64,000 nucleotides of DNA from Ostrea edulis. Lineage: Eukaryota. The stretch lies in contig NC_079171.1 in the NCBI RefSeq assembly GCF_947568905.1, positions 34,596,001-34,660,000 on the forward strand. The letters run 5' to 3'. The translations under genes and the position numbers were made by a program. This document shows positions 1 through 15,300 of this stretch, in pieces (positions within the stretch are counted from its first letter, which is position 1; every line of letters begins with the position of its first letter). The notes under the pieces were generated by a model. That model was not told where the DNA came from. It worked only from the letters and a program-made list of their open reading frames with translations, and ran no database searches.

Positions 1-44
1 TCTGTGAAAAGATTATTGAATGAGGCAGGCATTGATTGTATTAG

Positions 45-326
45 GTTCTGACGTAAGTCTACATTGTAATCGTTACAATACGTGTATCATCAATGTTGTA
101 GGTACCGATAATGTAGCTCTACAGCAATACACAGAATTGTATTCCTATGATTGGTATCTTTATGGTTACCTGTACCAGTCTTCCTATCTACTGGTGGATG
201 GAAACACCACACAATCGAGCTGTATTGATTTCAAGTCTTACCTGAATGGAACGACATTTTCATTATACGTTTATCTTCGGAATGTGTACAACATCAAAAG
301 TGTGCGGCTTTATTTTATCTATGAAG
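45..326 (+). CDS. VWDE-like exon (N-terminal extracellular region)
   Basis: ttag|GTTCTG...ATGAAG|gtaaag; phase 1-1; lies within ORF 20..361. Confidence 0.75.
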
Positions 327-3300
327 GTAAAGTGCTACATCTTTACGTTTTAGATCGATAAAACGGGGTATTGTAAGGCAGTTTCTTTATGTGTTCCTGT
401 ATCTAATTCAGTTTTGCAATACAATTCACACTTATGGACCTTAAAACAACAAAAACATCGAATTTTTTATTCAACATGTTTAGATGCCTAGCTATAAACA
501 CTGATAAATAGAAATCACTCGTACCACGCGGGGATTCACTTTCAAACATAGAAACAAAGCAAGAAATCGGGATATTGGTTCTTATGTATTTTATTCATCA
601 AATTTGAAAACACAGGATGAAACAGTCAAAGGCTGACAAAAGGACTTTTGTCCATTAGGAATCATCCCTAACACGCATGTAAAAACGTGGAACTAAATGA
701 CTTATTGAACTTTATGAACACATGATATTCAACCAACAAATAATTAGAAATGGCATTATTGAGAGTGTCAATTTGAATCAGTGAACGTATAACAAGCTTA
801 CACGCAATGGTAACTTATGATGAGATAACACATGCTTTTTATACAAGCGTTCAATTTATATTTAGTCACAGATGGTAAGGACACCCTGAAAAAAGTCGAT
901 ATCGGATATTCCCATCGCCTTGTAAAATCAAGTCGGTATCGTTAGAATACCACATTTCGGAAAACGGAAGCGTGGTTCCGCATTTACATTTAACTGTGAC
1001 GTAAAGCGATGAAATGTTCACTATAATTGTGTTTTTGTTTCATCTTATTCAATATCGAAACATTTATATCTTTCACAAAATGTAACAAAAACATGGAGCA
1101 TCAACGGGGTCGAAATTAACTGACAATCTAAACGACCCATTCTTCTGAAGAAGAAAAACTAGCTCTTTTGAAATTCTGACTTTTCAGTTATAATGTAGTT
1201 TTTTTAAATCAAACTTTGTTGTTGGTGATCTATCATTTTGTGTTAGCTTAATTCTATTCTTCAGGAAAACAATATCTGATTCCAGGTCTTCCCAAGGAAA
1301 TGAAACAGACTCGGTTGCACCTTTTTGTTTTCTTTTTTGTAAATATACCAATTCTACTTGTAACTGACATTTTGATTTGCTGCACACGCTAAGACAATCG
1401 TTTCCATTGTATGAATGTAACTTGGTATGGGGACACACACCCTTGACAACTAAGATGGTACTACTTTTAAATTGCACCATGGAATATTTTACATTGATAG
1501 GCCTTCGAACTATGCCTACGAAATTGAAATAAAATACTATATTTCTATAACATTTCTTGTTGATCATTATGTCTCTTCTTACTGTGAATGGTTTTTTAAT
1601 CATCGTTTGAGGAAACGTAAATCAATCGAATAAACTTTTTTTTCATATTTTATTAGGTGTTGCTGATACTTTCGTCAATTATACAGTTTTCAATTGGAAT
1701 TATGGATACTCCCAACATTCTGGAATAGAGAGGATATCTGCCAACTCTACAGAAGTAATAATTCCATTCCAACACCAAGCACAATACCTCTATATCACTT
1801 TCAGCTTTTTAGCTGAGGAACTCGCAGAAATGAGTGATGTGCCAGTTTTATTTTGTGAAATGGAGATCAATGGTAATATTTTATGTTTATAGCTGTATAA
1901 TAACTTTATACATATGCAGCGCAAGGTAAACCGTGACCATTATACATAGTTATATAGTTATACATTTGTGTTGTCATTGTATATAAGTATTAGTATTTAC
2001 ATCTGTGTATCAGTCCATATTCACCTAAATAAATTTCATAAACCAGTAAGCTTCATATTGGTCGCCTTGGAGACGAAAAGCCTTTTAACTCTATAGTCAT
2101 TGCATCGCTAAAACATCGCTGTGTCAGCCCGAACTATAGATAAACAAGAAACGAATATTTAATAGCACCATACATAGACGTTTTGTCTATTAATAATAAT
2201 AGCTTTCATTCATATGTCGCTTTGATATATCCCTGTGTGCTCGAAATAAAGGACACCACAGAGTTGTCCACTTCTGTTTCATATTTAGATATTTTATTGA
2301 AAGTAAACATTAACGGCAAACTGACAATTCAACTGTATGACAAATGGGATGATTTCAGCTTCTCCATCGTCAACTTCCCATATTTATGTAGCAATATTCC
2401 ATTATCACCTGCACATGGTGTTTATATATCTCAACTGATTCGATATGCAAGAGCTTGTTCTGCGTACAGTCAGTTTTTAAATCGAGGTAAGCAACTGACA
2501 AACAATTTGATGGTACAAGGGTTTCAACAGTCTCGATTGAAGTCAGCATTTTGCAAATTCTATGGTCGTTATAACGATCTAGTTCGTCAGTACAACCTCG
2601 CATGGGGTCAAATGCTGTCTAACGTGTTTCATACCAATTGTTAAGCCCTTCTTGGCACACTGATTTTGATTGCGGATAGCTCCGTTTACCTGATCAGGAT
2701 ATAGGGCTCACGGCGGGTGTGACCAGTCAACAGGGGATGCTTACTCCTCCTAGGCACCTGATCCCACCTCTGGTGTGTCCAGAGGTCCGTGTTTGCCCAA
2801 CTATTTATTTTGTATTGCTTATAGGAGTTATGAGACTGATCACTGTTCATTATCTTCACCTTGCATACATATGACTAAGCTTGTGGCCTTTCACATAAAG
2901 CTGGTGACCTCCTTATTTGTTTTATGAGCTCACTTGAGCTGAAAACTCAAAATGAGCTTTCAAAAGGACCCGAGATTTTCACTTCTAATGCCGGATGCGT
3001 GACAGAGTAACAATTACTGTTCTGTTAAACTTATAAAGGTTGACACGACACCAAAAACAAATATATGGAGTTTATTCTTTTGCTTAATAGAAATAGCAGT
3101 ATATATCTGCTATGTTGCAGTACCACTAGCACATGAATATAAAGCGCCGTAATCAATTCGATGCGATTTCTTGTTTGTTTCCTTTTGTTTTCTTGTTTTT
3201 GTTTTTTGCCGAGCATACCATGTCCAATGCTTCTATCTATAAATCTGCATTTTGCAAAATGTGAACGTGAATATAAATACTGTAAACTTATTTGCCCTTT

Positions 3301-6300
3301 GCTTATTCAACTTATCAAGAATTACTTAATACTGTATCTGTGTTTGATATATAATTATGACAGTTTTACTCAAATACTTGAATATGAATGCATGAATGTA
3401 AATAACGACCGTTTCTTCACATTTTAGTCTAAATTATCTAAAAACGTTTAGAATGTTTTACTGATTTACAATTAGTGTATTGTATTTTTGAGTACCGCGT
3501 GGTGTATCAAAAGATGAGTGCATTTGTTTCTCATTATCTATGCATTACGAACGGAGAAGTTCACCAGTCGACTCTATCCGCACAGAAACATCGATGTTAA
3601 GTGAATCATAACCATAAAAACCCAACAGATTACGCTGAAATTGCCACCATATATAAATTCATGCAATTGTATGTCTCATATATATTCCATTCAGTCGTCA
3701 AGAAGAAATAACAAAGGAATTAATTACAATTACAATTAATCACGGCGGGTGTGAACGGTCAACAGGGGATGCTTCCTCCTCCTAGGCACCTGATCCCACC
3801 TTTGGTGTGTTCTATTTTGTACTGTTCGTTATCTTCATCTTGTAAGTCTAAAATTACTCACTACACCTTACACGAGCTTATCAAATTACAACGAAATTAT
3901 TTTGGCGTGAAATATATGATGTTATGTAATAGGTACATACTTTAGAAGTACTTTTTTCCGCGCGATATTAATTTACGCTATGTACGCGGTCACAAGATTT
4001 CCGCGGAAATTTATCCCAGCGTACTTAAAGTAAATGAAAGACATTAAGTGGCAATTTAATAAATCCGCCCAATTTTCTATCCGCGGAATAAACAGCAATT
4101 GTGATTCCGCGGACTTATGAACCCGTGGAAAAAAGTACGCTTACAGTATGTCAAAACGCAAAAGTATACAATTTTGGAGAGAGAATAACATTTCCGAAAA
4201 TTTATTTCAATAAATAACGGAAAAGACACTTGCGGATTTGAACCCAGGAACTGCGTTTCAGTAACCCGATACCTTATCCACTGACTTACGTAGATATACA
4301 AACAACCCGATCGATACAAGTAATCTCAGAATACATTTGAATCGCAATCTAGTGATGTAGTATCAGTAAAAGAAGATATATTGATGTAGTGAGCTACCTT
4401 TATGTCCATATACGGAAATTTAAAACTAAAATGTTTGACCCAAAGCGCTGTCTTTGTAGCGCTGTGAATACAATTGTTACTTGGAATTCAACAAAAGTGA
4501 TATGTTTCCCTTGTCATCCATAACAACAGTCATAGATATGAGGTTCCATCTATTGAGTTTAATGAAAGGCTTGTAGAAGTGATGGAATGGCAGACCATTG
4601 ACTTTCAGTCACCTTTCGTTTACGATTGAGTCATTTCAGTTGACGAAATGGCATGGTTTCATCCTGTGAATAATAACACATAATGGAAGGTCACACCCTG
4701 CAAGTCCAGTAAACAAAGTAGGAAAAAATGCTTCGGAAATGATTCGACACATTCAAGTACTAACAATAAACACCATCGTCCGATGCAGAAGTCGAGCGCA
4801 GAAAACGCGAACAGCCACCACAAAACCAACGACCTAATTATCGGAAAATATCAACAGTAGGACCCCGAATCTGTGTTATTTTTCTCAATTCCCGATTTTA
4901 CGATTTTCGCATTTCTTTCAAACCACAGTCATCATTGATTTGGGTAATTACAGGTCCAAACTTGTATGTGATTATGATATATAAAAGGCGAAATTAATTA
5001 ACGTGATCTGTCTCATATTTTCTACAAAGCTATAGCTTATGATGAATACAAATTAAGAGAAAAGAAAACATTATAATACAGCATCCTATTTCCTCATATC
5101 TTTATTTGTCCCTCTCAGGATGTCCTGCTAATCATTACGGCAGTCCTTGTAGACCCTGTCCTGTAAATTGTGACCAATGTAATGCCCTTGACGGGTCCTG
5201 TGTTTGTCAGGCTGGATACAAGGGAGAAAACTGCACTGAAGGTAGTCAATAAAATGTTCAGTGTTTGGATATAAATTGGAAAAAAAATCTTTATTATAAA
5301 CTAATGTTTTCACATTTGATTCCTTCTTAATTTTGAAAACTGGGTTTCACTATTACAGCGTGTTCGAATAGCACATACGGTGTGAATTGTGCGTACAACT
5401 GTGGATATTGTTTCAACGAAACGTGTGATCACGTGACTGGGAATTGTTCACTCGGTTGTGATGGAGGTTGGACAACAAGTAAATGTAGTACAGGTATTAC
5501 TGACATTAATACTTCTACAGATAAAGCAAGACTTATATGTGATAAGGAAAGCTACGTCCTGAAACTATTAGACACGTTAACAGTAATGCTAGATAACATG
5601 GACGTATTCATAAACCAAAGAAATAATCCATTTGATATCATGAACTTCTAATAAAGATTCAATACATACCACAAAGAAATGCATTGATTACATTCAATTA
5701 TTCATAATGATTGGATTTGTTTAAATGTAGCCTGCAGCAGTGGCTCGTATGGACAGAGTTGTGCGATGAAATGTAGCAGTCATTGTATAACACCTCACGT
5801 GTGTGATCACGTTACCGGAACTTGTCTTGGAGGATGCGCCACCGGATGGATAAATAAAACATGTGATTCTGGTTCGTGTTTCATTCTAATATATGTGTTA
5901 ACAATGGAAGGCGAAAATAAGGAACAGTGATCAATCTCATATGTTGAAAATCTGTTTTCGTTTTTCTTTTGTTTTTTGAAAATTTTATTATTCTATTTTC
6001 AGTTGATATTGAATACTGTGAGTATTGGCTTTCTCGGGAGTGGGTGGGAATCGACATCTAAAGTATTCTTGTAACGCTTGATTTACGTTATCTGATAATA
6101 TATGCTTTCTGAATTTTGTTTCTGGGCCAGGCGTTGACTGGGTACCATCGTATGCGTCCGTAGCCTATCATAATATAACATGGAGAGAAGAGGATGCCGG
6201 TTTTGTGGTCAGATACGATCCTGCTGTTACCCTTGTATGCAACTTCAGCGTGAAGTCCGACGAAGATTTGTTATATGACATAACTTGGTTCATTGATGGA

Positions 6301-9300
6301 CTGGAAGTTGTTGATCAGACTGTTGACTCGTCCAGTAATTACACTGCTGTTATAACGGCGCATGACTTCCTGAAAGCTCAAAAGAAAATAGGATCAAATG
6401 TAAAATGTTATGCTTGTAAATAATCTGTATTTTGAATTATATAATGTAATATTAATATAAGAACAAACTTCAGCACATACATTTAAATACATACAATGAG
6501 ATTGAAAGAAACACAACAGTGTTATGGTCTATACTAAATGTTGAATATCTTTAAGAACACATCCCATATTTCTAAACGATTTAGCTTACCTGAGCTCAAA
6601 GCTCAAATGAGTTTTTCTGATCGCCTGTTGTCCGTCGTCTGTCCGTCTGTTTAAAAACCTTTCTACTTTTTCGACTTCTTCTCCAGAACCACTAGGCCGA
6701 TTATAACCAAACTTAGCCAAAAGCATCATTGGGTGGAGGGATTTCAAGTTTGTACAAAAAAGGGTCATGCCTTTTCCAAGTGAGATATAATCACAAAAAT
6801 GCAAAAATAGGGTTGGGTCATTTCAAAATTTTCTTCTCAACAACCACTTAGACAGAAGAGCTGAAATATACATGGAAGCTTCCTGTCATAATGCAAATTC
6901 ATGTTTGTCAAAATCATTACGCCTGGGTTTAGGATGGGACCACAATAGGGGAAGGTTTTGCATACAAATATATATGAACATCTTTTAAAAGCCTAATCTC
7001 AAGAACCACTGAGCCAGAAAAGCTGAGATTTACCTAAATGCTTCCTGACATAGTGCAGATTCAAGTTTGTTAACGTCATGGTCCCTGGATGTAAGATGAG
7101 CCACAATAGGGGATCAAGGTTTTATATACAAATATATAGGGAAATCTTTATAAATCTTCTTCTCAAGAACCACTTAGCCAGAAAAGCTGATATTTACATG
7201 AAAGCTTCTTGACATAGTGCAGATTTAAGTTTGATAAAATAATGGCTCCTGGGGGTAGTATGAAGCCACAACAGGGGATCAAAGTTTTATATACAAATAT
7301 CTAGGGACCTTTTTTAAACATCTTCTTCTAAAGAACCACTGGACCAGAAAAGCTGAGATTTACCTGGAAGCGTCCTGACATAGTGCAGATTCAAGTTTGT
7401 TAAGCTCATGATCCATGGGCTAAAGATGAGGTCACAATTACAGATCAAAATTTTACATACCATTAGAAAGATTCGTTTTAAAAATCTTCTTAAGAAACAT
7501 TGGGCCAAGAAGTTTACATTTACAGGAAAGCTTCCTGACCTAATGCAGATTCAAGTTTGTAAAAGTCATGGTCCTCGGGGTAAGATGGGACTAAAGTAGG
7601 GGATAAAAGTTTTTACATACAAATACATGTGGAAAATCATTAAACATCTTCTTCTGAAGAATCAATGGACCAGAAAAGTTTACATTTACATGAACGATTT
7701 CTAACATAGTGTGCAGATTGAACTTGATAAAAATCATGGTCCTCGAAAGTAAGATGGGGTCATAGTAGGGGATCAAAGTTTTTATATACAAATATATGTG
7801 AAAAATCATTAAAAAGTTTCTTCTGGAGAATCGCTGGGTCAGAAAAGTTTACATTTAAATGAAAGTATATATATAGGGAAGGTATGAGCCAAGGTGAAAA
7901 AGGTGAGTGATGTGGCCCATTGTTCCCTTGATTTATTTTTTCCGCAAAAGTAATTCTGTTCGTGCCTAAAGCTACTTTAAATGTATTTTAAGAAATTTCG
8001 ATATTTTTTTTTAGTTTGAAAGCGATGAAATTCAAGTCTTATGATATTGATATTTACTTCGATAGTTTACACGTCATTATGTGTAGCGTCATATGCGACT
8101 AAAGCGAGGAAGTTTGAAAATAGTTTTTAGTCATTCCATCAACAGCTTAGATTGGATTTGTTGACAAAAAGCCCAATTATCACCTTAACGGCTTGTAAAT
8201 AACATTATATAATGGTGTTATGTCTCGTTAAAGGGGGCACTATCTGTCAGTAGAAAGGATTTAGATTGAGTATTTCTCAATTTTTCGAATAAGGATACAT
8301 GTATGAGGGAAAAACATGGACATTTTGTATCTGCGCAAGGACTGCTGTATTAAACATAAAAAGCCCCATTCGCCTTTGTCCATGTAGTTTTCAAAACCCA
8401 GATGGACAAAGACCCAGATAAACAGCGATAAGATGGTTATATCGAAGCTACAAGTACTGCTAGGCATTTTCTTTTGGTCTTTAATTCACACTCGCACCAA
8501 CTGATATTCACCTTCTAATACCACACAACATTTTCTCTTACTTTCTACCAAATGGTAAATTTACAAAAATTCTAAAGATCAAAGATGATGAACTTTCAAT
8601 CATACATAATAAAATATTGCATTTCCTAACTTTAAATTGAATTATAATGCTTTGGTCTTTTTTAAATCAACTCGTAATGTCAAGAACACCATATCCATGT
8701 GTTCCAACTTCCTAACGATGTGTAGACCACAATTCAAAAATAGTAATGGTAATGAAATCGCTTTATTAAAATAAATCACTGTGATTTTCATTTTATATTG
8801 GATTATTTTTATCTATTTATTTTCGAAATGGACCCATGACACTTAGCAGGTCTAGATGTCAACGATGTAACGTATCATGATTTGTCTAATCCAAAAATAT
8901 AATGATTTTTGTTTATTTGAAAGAAGAAAGAAACAACGCCAATTACAGATGTTTAAAGGAATAACATTACCAAATAGTGGTTACACAGCGATCCATTTAT
9001 ACATTATGATTTACTCGCAATTGCCGATTTTATACAGTTGGGTATTTACATCGTTATTTGTATGCACTGTGACTAAAGCATAAGACATTTGGGGAATTTG
9101 TCAACATCGAAATAAATAGTGTCCGTGGCGAATAAATCAGGCCATTAAAAACGGAGTTTTTACAACTACTTAGCACTATTTTTCACTATCGAAGAAAGTT
9201 ACATATGACATCACTGCACCACATGGGTACCTTACTAATGAAGGATATTTTCTAAAATCCGTATTGTGGCTAATTATCGCACTATTTCGAAGAACGAACC

Positions 9301-12300
9301 ATTAGAATTAATTACTATGAGCATAAGAAAGTCAAAATGCATATAATTTTGTATACTTTGAAAACATGCGATGTGTCCTTTAAAGAAATGCTTTTCTATT
9401 TACCATTGCATATAATACTGGCTGAAATGTTCCATCTCTGTTGTAAGGTACATTGCAAAGTCGGGGCTAAGCGGAAAGCAGAGGATACCCCGTGCCATTT
9501 CAAAATTGGGAATCCATTTTTTGCCGGAATAAAGGTATATATCAATTGTCGTCGTAGTGTGTTGGCTAGATCGCTCGCTTTTCAAAAGCTTGTGCCATCC
9601 AGGTTCCATTATTCAAATCACGGAAATGTAACATAGGAAGCGACTTTTCATTCACCAAGCGCCCGACATTGAAAGTGAGGGTGGCGAGTCTTTCAGAGAT
9701 CACCGTTAACACGAAAGTCATGTTAGGTTGACACAATAATGACCCCACTGTCATGATCCTGAGTGTCAAGCATAGATCACGATAAACGGCACGAAAGATG
9801 GTGGTGTTTCATCATTGAAAACTTCTTAACTGGTCCCTAAAAAGACCCAAAGACCCCACTGCAATTCGGAAAATACAACCTGGAAGTTCTGCGTTGAAGC
9901 ATGACGGGAACATTACATATTCGGTGTAAAACGCCATACTGGACAGACAATCTTTAAACCTAAGTTTTTTAGTTAAGTTTCAAAATCATTAAAGCCACGC
10001 GGTCGCTATTTCTCAAAGGTGAAGATAATGAACATCAATAAATCTTAATTTTTATAAGGAATACAAAACAGAGTTTGACAAACACAGACTTTGCGCGGTG
10101 GTGGAATCGGGTGCCTAGAATGAGTAAGCATCTCCTGTTGACCGGTTATACCCGCGTGGGCCCGATTTCTTGATAAGGTAACCAGAGAAATGCATAGTCA
10201 AAATCATTGTGTCAAGAATGGTCTAGCAATCAGTATGAAACACGTCAGACAACATTTGACTCAATGATAGGTTGTGTTGACGAACTATATCGTTATAACG
10301 TTATTGCGAAATGCTGAATTTAAGGTAGTGTATGGGTCATTGAATATTAATGATTTTGATTTTTGATCTCTACATATTTTGTAGTTGCCAGTATCTGTAA
10401 CTCACTATGAAAATATTATATATGGTTTTAACGGGAATTGTGACGCTACGGTTGTCATGGTAACCTTTCTTGTCGACTTTCTATAAAAAATGGTACCAGT
10501 CTTTCAGATAGTGTTTGAAAATGATACAAAAAGAGTAAGTGATACATATTTGATATCAAATTGAAGTTAAAGCCGTAATTGATATATAATTTGCATTGAT
10601 ACGTCCATTTCTTTTCATTTGAAGTAGAAGCAGGGCTGCTTTTGAGGAATGCCACAACTTCGCAATTTTTATAATGCAATTATTCACTAAACCAGACATA
10701 TTTTCACCCCTAAGAAATAAATGACCACTGATCTCTTTAAAATATATTTTAACATATGCTAGTAGATTTTTTTCCTGAGAGTATCACTATTGGGTTTTAG
10801 GTTTACTATGGTGATATGAGCACTATAGTTACCCCCTCCCTTCCTTACATAAATGCTGCTGAAGATAATTACAATAAATATCCATCTTACATGTATTCAT
10901 TTTAACTCATATTAAAACTATAAAAAAATGTTTTAATGTCCATTACTGGATTTATTCCAATGATAGTAATGTTGCTTTGGAGATATTTTTATTACTTTCT
11001 GTTGGAAATTACTTGTATATCCATGCTCTGGAAGTGTATGTTAAAAACACTGTAAATATAACCCATCCGATGTAAACTGTGCATTGTGACGCCGAATTCC
11101 CTGCAATGTTTTTATTTTTGATTTCTCCTTTCAAACCCACCGATTATCAAACAACAACAAAACTTTCTTATATTTTTATGCTATAAGAAATAACTGAACT
11201 AATTGAGAAAATGATATTAACAGGAAATGTTGTTTTTCAAAATACATACTTTTTGGTTTATCTTAACCTCCACGTTACATAGTAGACTCCCTCGATTTCC
11301 TCTTAGCTGACGATCTTAAAGTGGACGATCGAAATATTTATAGGAAAATAAAGTCTTTTAAATCTATGTATAGTGTACTTAGGAAATATATGAGTATAAT
11401 TATAAATATTTCTTCTCCAAATGACGCGTTTATATAACCCATGTTTCCTCGGCCTAACGGTTTCCCTTGGATATAACATATCCAGCATTTTAGATTTATA
11501 TTCACTAACACCATACACAAGTTAGAGAATTTATAGCATTATATACTAGGATTTTGCTAAGTCTCGTGGTTTGTGGATTAAGTTTACGATTTTTAAAACT
11601 GAAAATTAGTAGAGGGGGAATGCATCATGGACACTCGTGGCCCAAACTATGACTTTTATTTAAAGAATAATTAAAACAAGGCATTTTTCATTTTTATTTT
11701 ACTTTACCTGTATATTTCTCAACATATTTTCACTTTACCCTGTGTCTGGTTCTAGCTGACAAGTCTTTGTTTCCATCGTCTGGCATTATTAGTGATGCTG
11801 AAGCCTTGACGTAATACGGGATCGGAAGCAAAAATAAACTCTTTTTAGATACATGTACTACATGAATAAACCACGTGATGACTTGCAATCAATACCTTAA
11901 ACGAGTTGTTGAAATCCCTGTAATATGAAATTGTTTGTCAGAAGCCTGGTATTGGTATAAATGAAAATAAATATTAAAAACATAATAGCATCAAGCATCC
12001 ACTCATGTAACGGATATGAGAATCATTAGCTAAGATTTTGTTCTGTGAATGTTTAATCGTATTTTCATGGTATAAAAATTGCATCAAAATCGTACTGATA
12101 TACAATTGATTGCATATCTCTTTCAGATTGTTAACCCTAATATAGAGCTGGAAAGGAAGGGTTCTAGGAACGTAGAGTTGGAGATGACGATCCCGTTTGC
12201 CACTGAATCTCTTTATGTCAATGGTGTTCCACAAACAGTAAGCGACCTGGATATACACATGACTTTCAAAACGGACGGTCTGTCTAAATGCAGTGGGGGA

Positions 12301-15300
12301 GGATCATCAAACCAGTGTGGGGTCAAAGTGAAAAGCTACAGCTATAACGACAGACACAAATATCAGAACGATGAATGGAAGCAGAACATATTATTTCCGG
12401 TTTACAGCCAGGATACTGATGGTTACGTCATCAGTAGTCACATGACTCTACGATTAAAGACAGGAGGGACTAGCGGGATAGGAAGTAAACTATTTGAACA
12501 CGTTCCCCTCCCTGATATATCGGTGAGTCCTGACGTATTGACCTCCATATAAGTAAAGTATTGACTTTCAAACATTTTCAAATGACCTAAAAATTAATCG
12601 CAAAGTCATCAACGCTTCAGTTAAACGATTTATGCACAGGTCTCAAGGAATATACAAACATGGTATCTGCTGCATTTCAGCCTGCTCTTGTAATTAGTAT
12701 ATAGCGTTGTTTTAAAAAATAAGATATCATTTTTTAGTGTTATTGGGATATGCCATAAATGTAACGTTGGTCACTTGAGCATATCCTATAACGTCCATTA
12801 TATAGGGAGGGCGTTATAGTAGATTTGATCACGTACCAACTTCATGTCATATCCCAATAACACTCAAAAATGATATTTTGTTTCTCATATTTATATTTTC
12901 TATTTTGGTTTGTGTTCTTACGAGCTTACATGATTATGTAACAGATGGCCGATATAACGATTGTACAACATAAAATATAGTAATACATAATCAGGAGCAA
13001 TATCAAAAAAAATGCAAGATATCGATATTTGATTATGAAGGTTGAAAAAAGACGAAACAAGTGTAAAATAAAACTAATTAAGAGGGTAAAGTCAACTGAA
13101 TTGAAGATAAAAAGAGCGGAGTAAACTACGTCCGTGATGTGATTTAGTCGCGATCAGCGATGGAGAAACTGGTGCTGGCCTAGACTATTCATTTGAAAAC
13201 GCAATTATTGAAGATTATTACAGATTCGACAGCAATTCAAAGGATCAGAGAGAATTAATGGAATATAAAATGGTTCACGTTAACATTAATGTCTTCGTCG
13301 CGTTAGGACTCACGATTACAGCCATGTAGGAGACGATCCGGGGCAGTAGGACATATTTAGACGAAGTACAGGTAGGTTACTTCATTTAATTACCTTCAGA
13401 GTGTGTATCAGAAAATAAAAACGAACTGACAAAATCTTTGTTCACTTCTGAGATTTATATTGTAGAATTTATCGAAGACTCACACCGGTACCCTGGCATG
13501 AACATATTGTTTCGAGCCTCGGAACCAGCCTCGTTCATTCGCTCATGCCTAGTCATAGCCGTGATGTCATAAAGTAAATATGCTGATAACTCTACTTCCA
13601 TTTTTTCGCTTCCAATATCAAAATTATTTTATGAATTTACCATGTTGCAGAAGTTGCAGGTTAGGCATAGTTGCAGACGGGATTTAAAATATTTAAAATG
13701 AAACAACTGAACGGTATGTATAATGTTTATGTTTTATGAATTGATGAAATTCTTGTCTGTTTACAAAATAAACTTTGTCTAAATATCCTTATGCGTTTGT
13801 GTCTGTTATGATGTCATTGCAGTGGCAGATCCAGCGTTTACGAAAGGGGCATAATACTCAGCCATTTTAGGTGCCAATCTGGAATTGTACTTGCACTATT
13901 TCTACTTTTTAAATTTGTGTCGAAAGCGGGGGGGGGGGGGGGGGGGTCTAAATCCCCACTGCATTGCATAAGCAAGAAGTCAGGTGAAAGTACAGGAAAT
14001 GGCGTTTGAAGCGGTTATAGTATTCATACGCAAGGAAATACTGATTTGGAATTGTATATCCATATTTCTTTTGGATAATATATTAAAGTGCGAGGGTACG
14101 CTAGAGAAAGAAATCTCACTGCTAAATGGTGTACGGCGCCTTGCATAAGGCATAATGATACCTGTTAATGCTGCATTTGTATAAAAGATAATCTCGCAAG
14201 ATCGGAAAATTTATATTGCGGTGGGATACAAATGGAGTATCTTCATTGCGTGATTTGAAATTTTACGATAATTCTATCTATTTCAGATCCGTGTACGAGA
14301 AGCGAACGAAGCATGGAAAGGAAGGTCTTGTGGTGTTCGAGCAGACCCTCACATGTACACATTTGATGGAAAGTAAGAATATTTCAAATGGTCATATCAC
14401 TCACAACTTCTTCTATTCGACCAATTAAGAACATACTGAAATATCAATGTGGAAAGGTAAATATAACGAACAGTAAGAATACAAAAATTAAAAGTAGGGC
14501 AAATTCAAACCCCTGCATATACCAGAGGTGGGATCAGGTGCCTAGGAGGAGTAAACATCCCTTTCGACCGATTATACCTGCCACGAGCCCTATATCCTGA
14601 TCAGGTATATTTAATTGCTGTGATAAGATTTAGACATTCATTTCAAAATTAAGAATTATCTCCCTCATGCATAGCTCTTATCCTTAGACGAATTTGACTC
14701 CACTTTTTTTGCACTCTGTTTTAACTATAATAGCTCTAGCAAGTTTATTGTTAATTCGCATTTCAAACATTTCGGTTGAGCATCACTGAAGAGACATTAT
14801 TTGTCGAAATGCGCATCTGGTGCATCAAAATTGGTACCGTGTAAGTTTTACATTATGACCCCTGGGTGGATACCTCTGCTGATGGACTGTTAGTCCCCGA
14901 GGATATCTACAGCGCAGTAAATATTTTCTACCTGCATACTGAGGTTTATATCGGGTTTCTTGAATCTGTTACAGTTCATACATTACATATTTTGACACCA
15001 CCCCTTGATTATCATACGATGACCCTGTGTTAATGTCTGATTGATAAACTTGATAAACTTTTTCCCTAATGCATATACTTATCTTTTATAAAGGAGAAGC
15101 ATGAAAATACAAGTAAAAGAATGACATTTTTTCCCTTGAAAACTGGCCAAAAAACGTAATTGGACATACTCCCCTTAAAAATCTCTGACAATCACCCATA
15201 TCTTTTTCTTGTAATTAGTAAGCTTTTGTCTTTTAGAATCACACTCTAATAAGTAATGAAAGATACAATGGGCCTATACCTTCCAACCACTGATGTACCC

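Noticed and set aside
1184-1603. 139-aa minus-strand ORF in a VWDE intron
   Set aside because: No domain signature; probably chance or a decayed repeat.
2645-2866. Hammerhead, HDV-like ribozyme or SECIS in the PLE 3' module
   Set aside because: No CUGAUGA/GAAA core. The CUCCUCC loop resembles HDV L3, but P3 and P1.1 pairing fail. No AUGA…AA…GA SECIS spacing.
6839-7860. CRISPR-like array
   Set aside because: Eukaryotic satellite with whole-unit similarity, no unique spacers and no cas genes.
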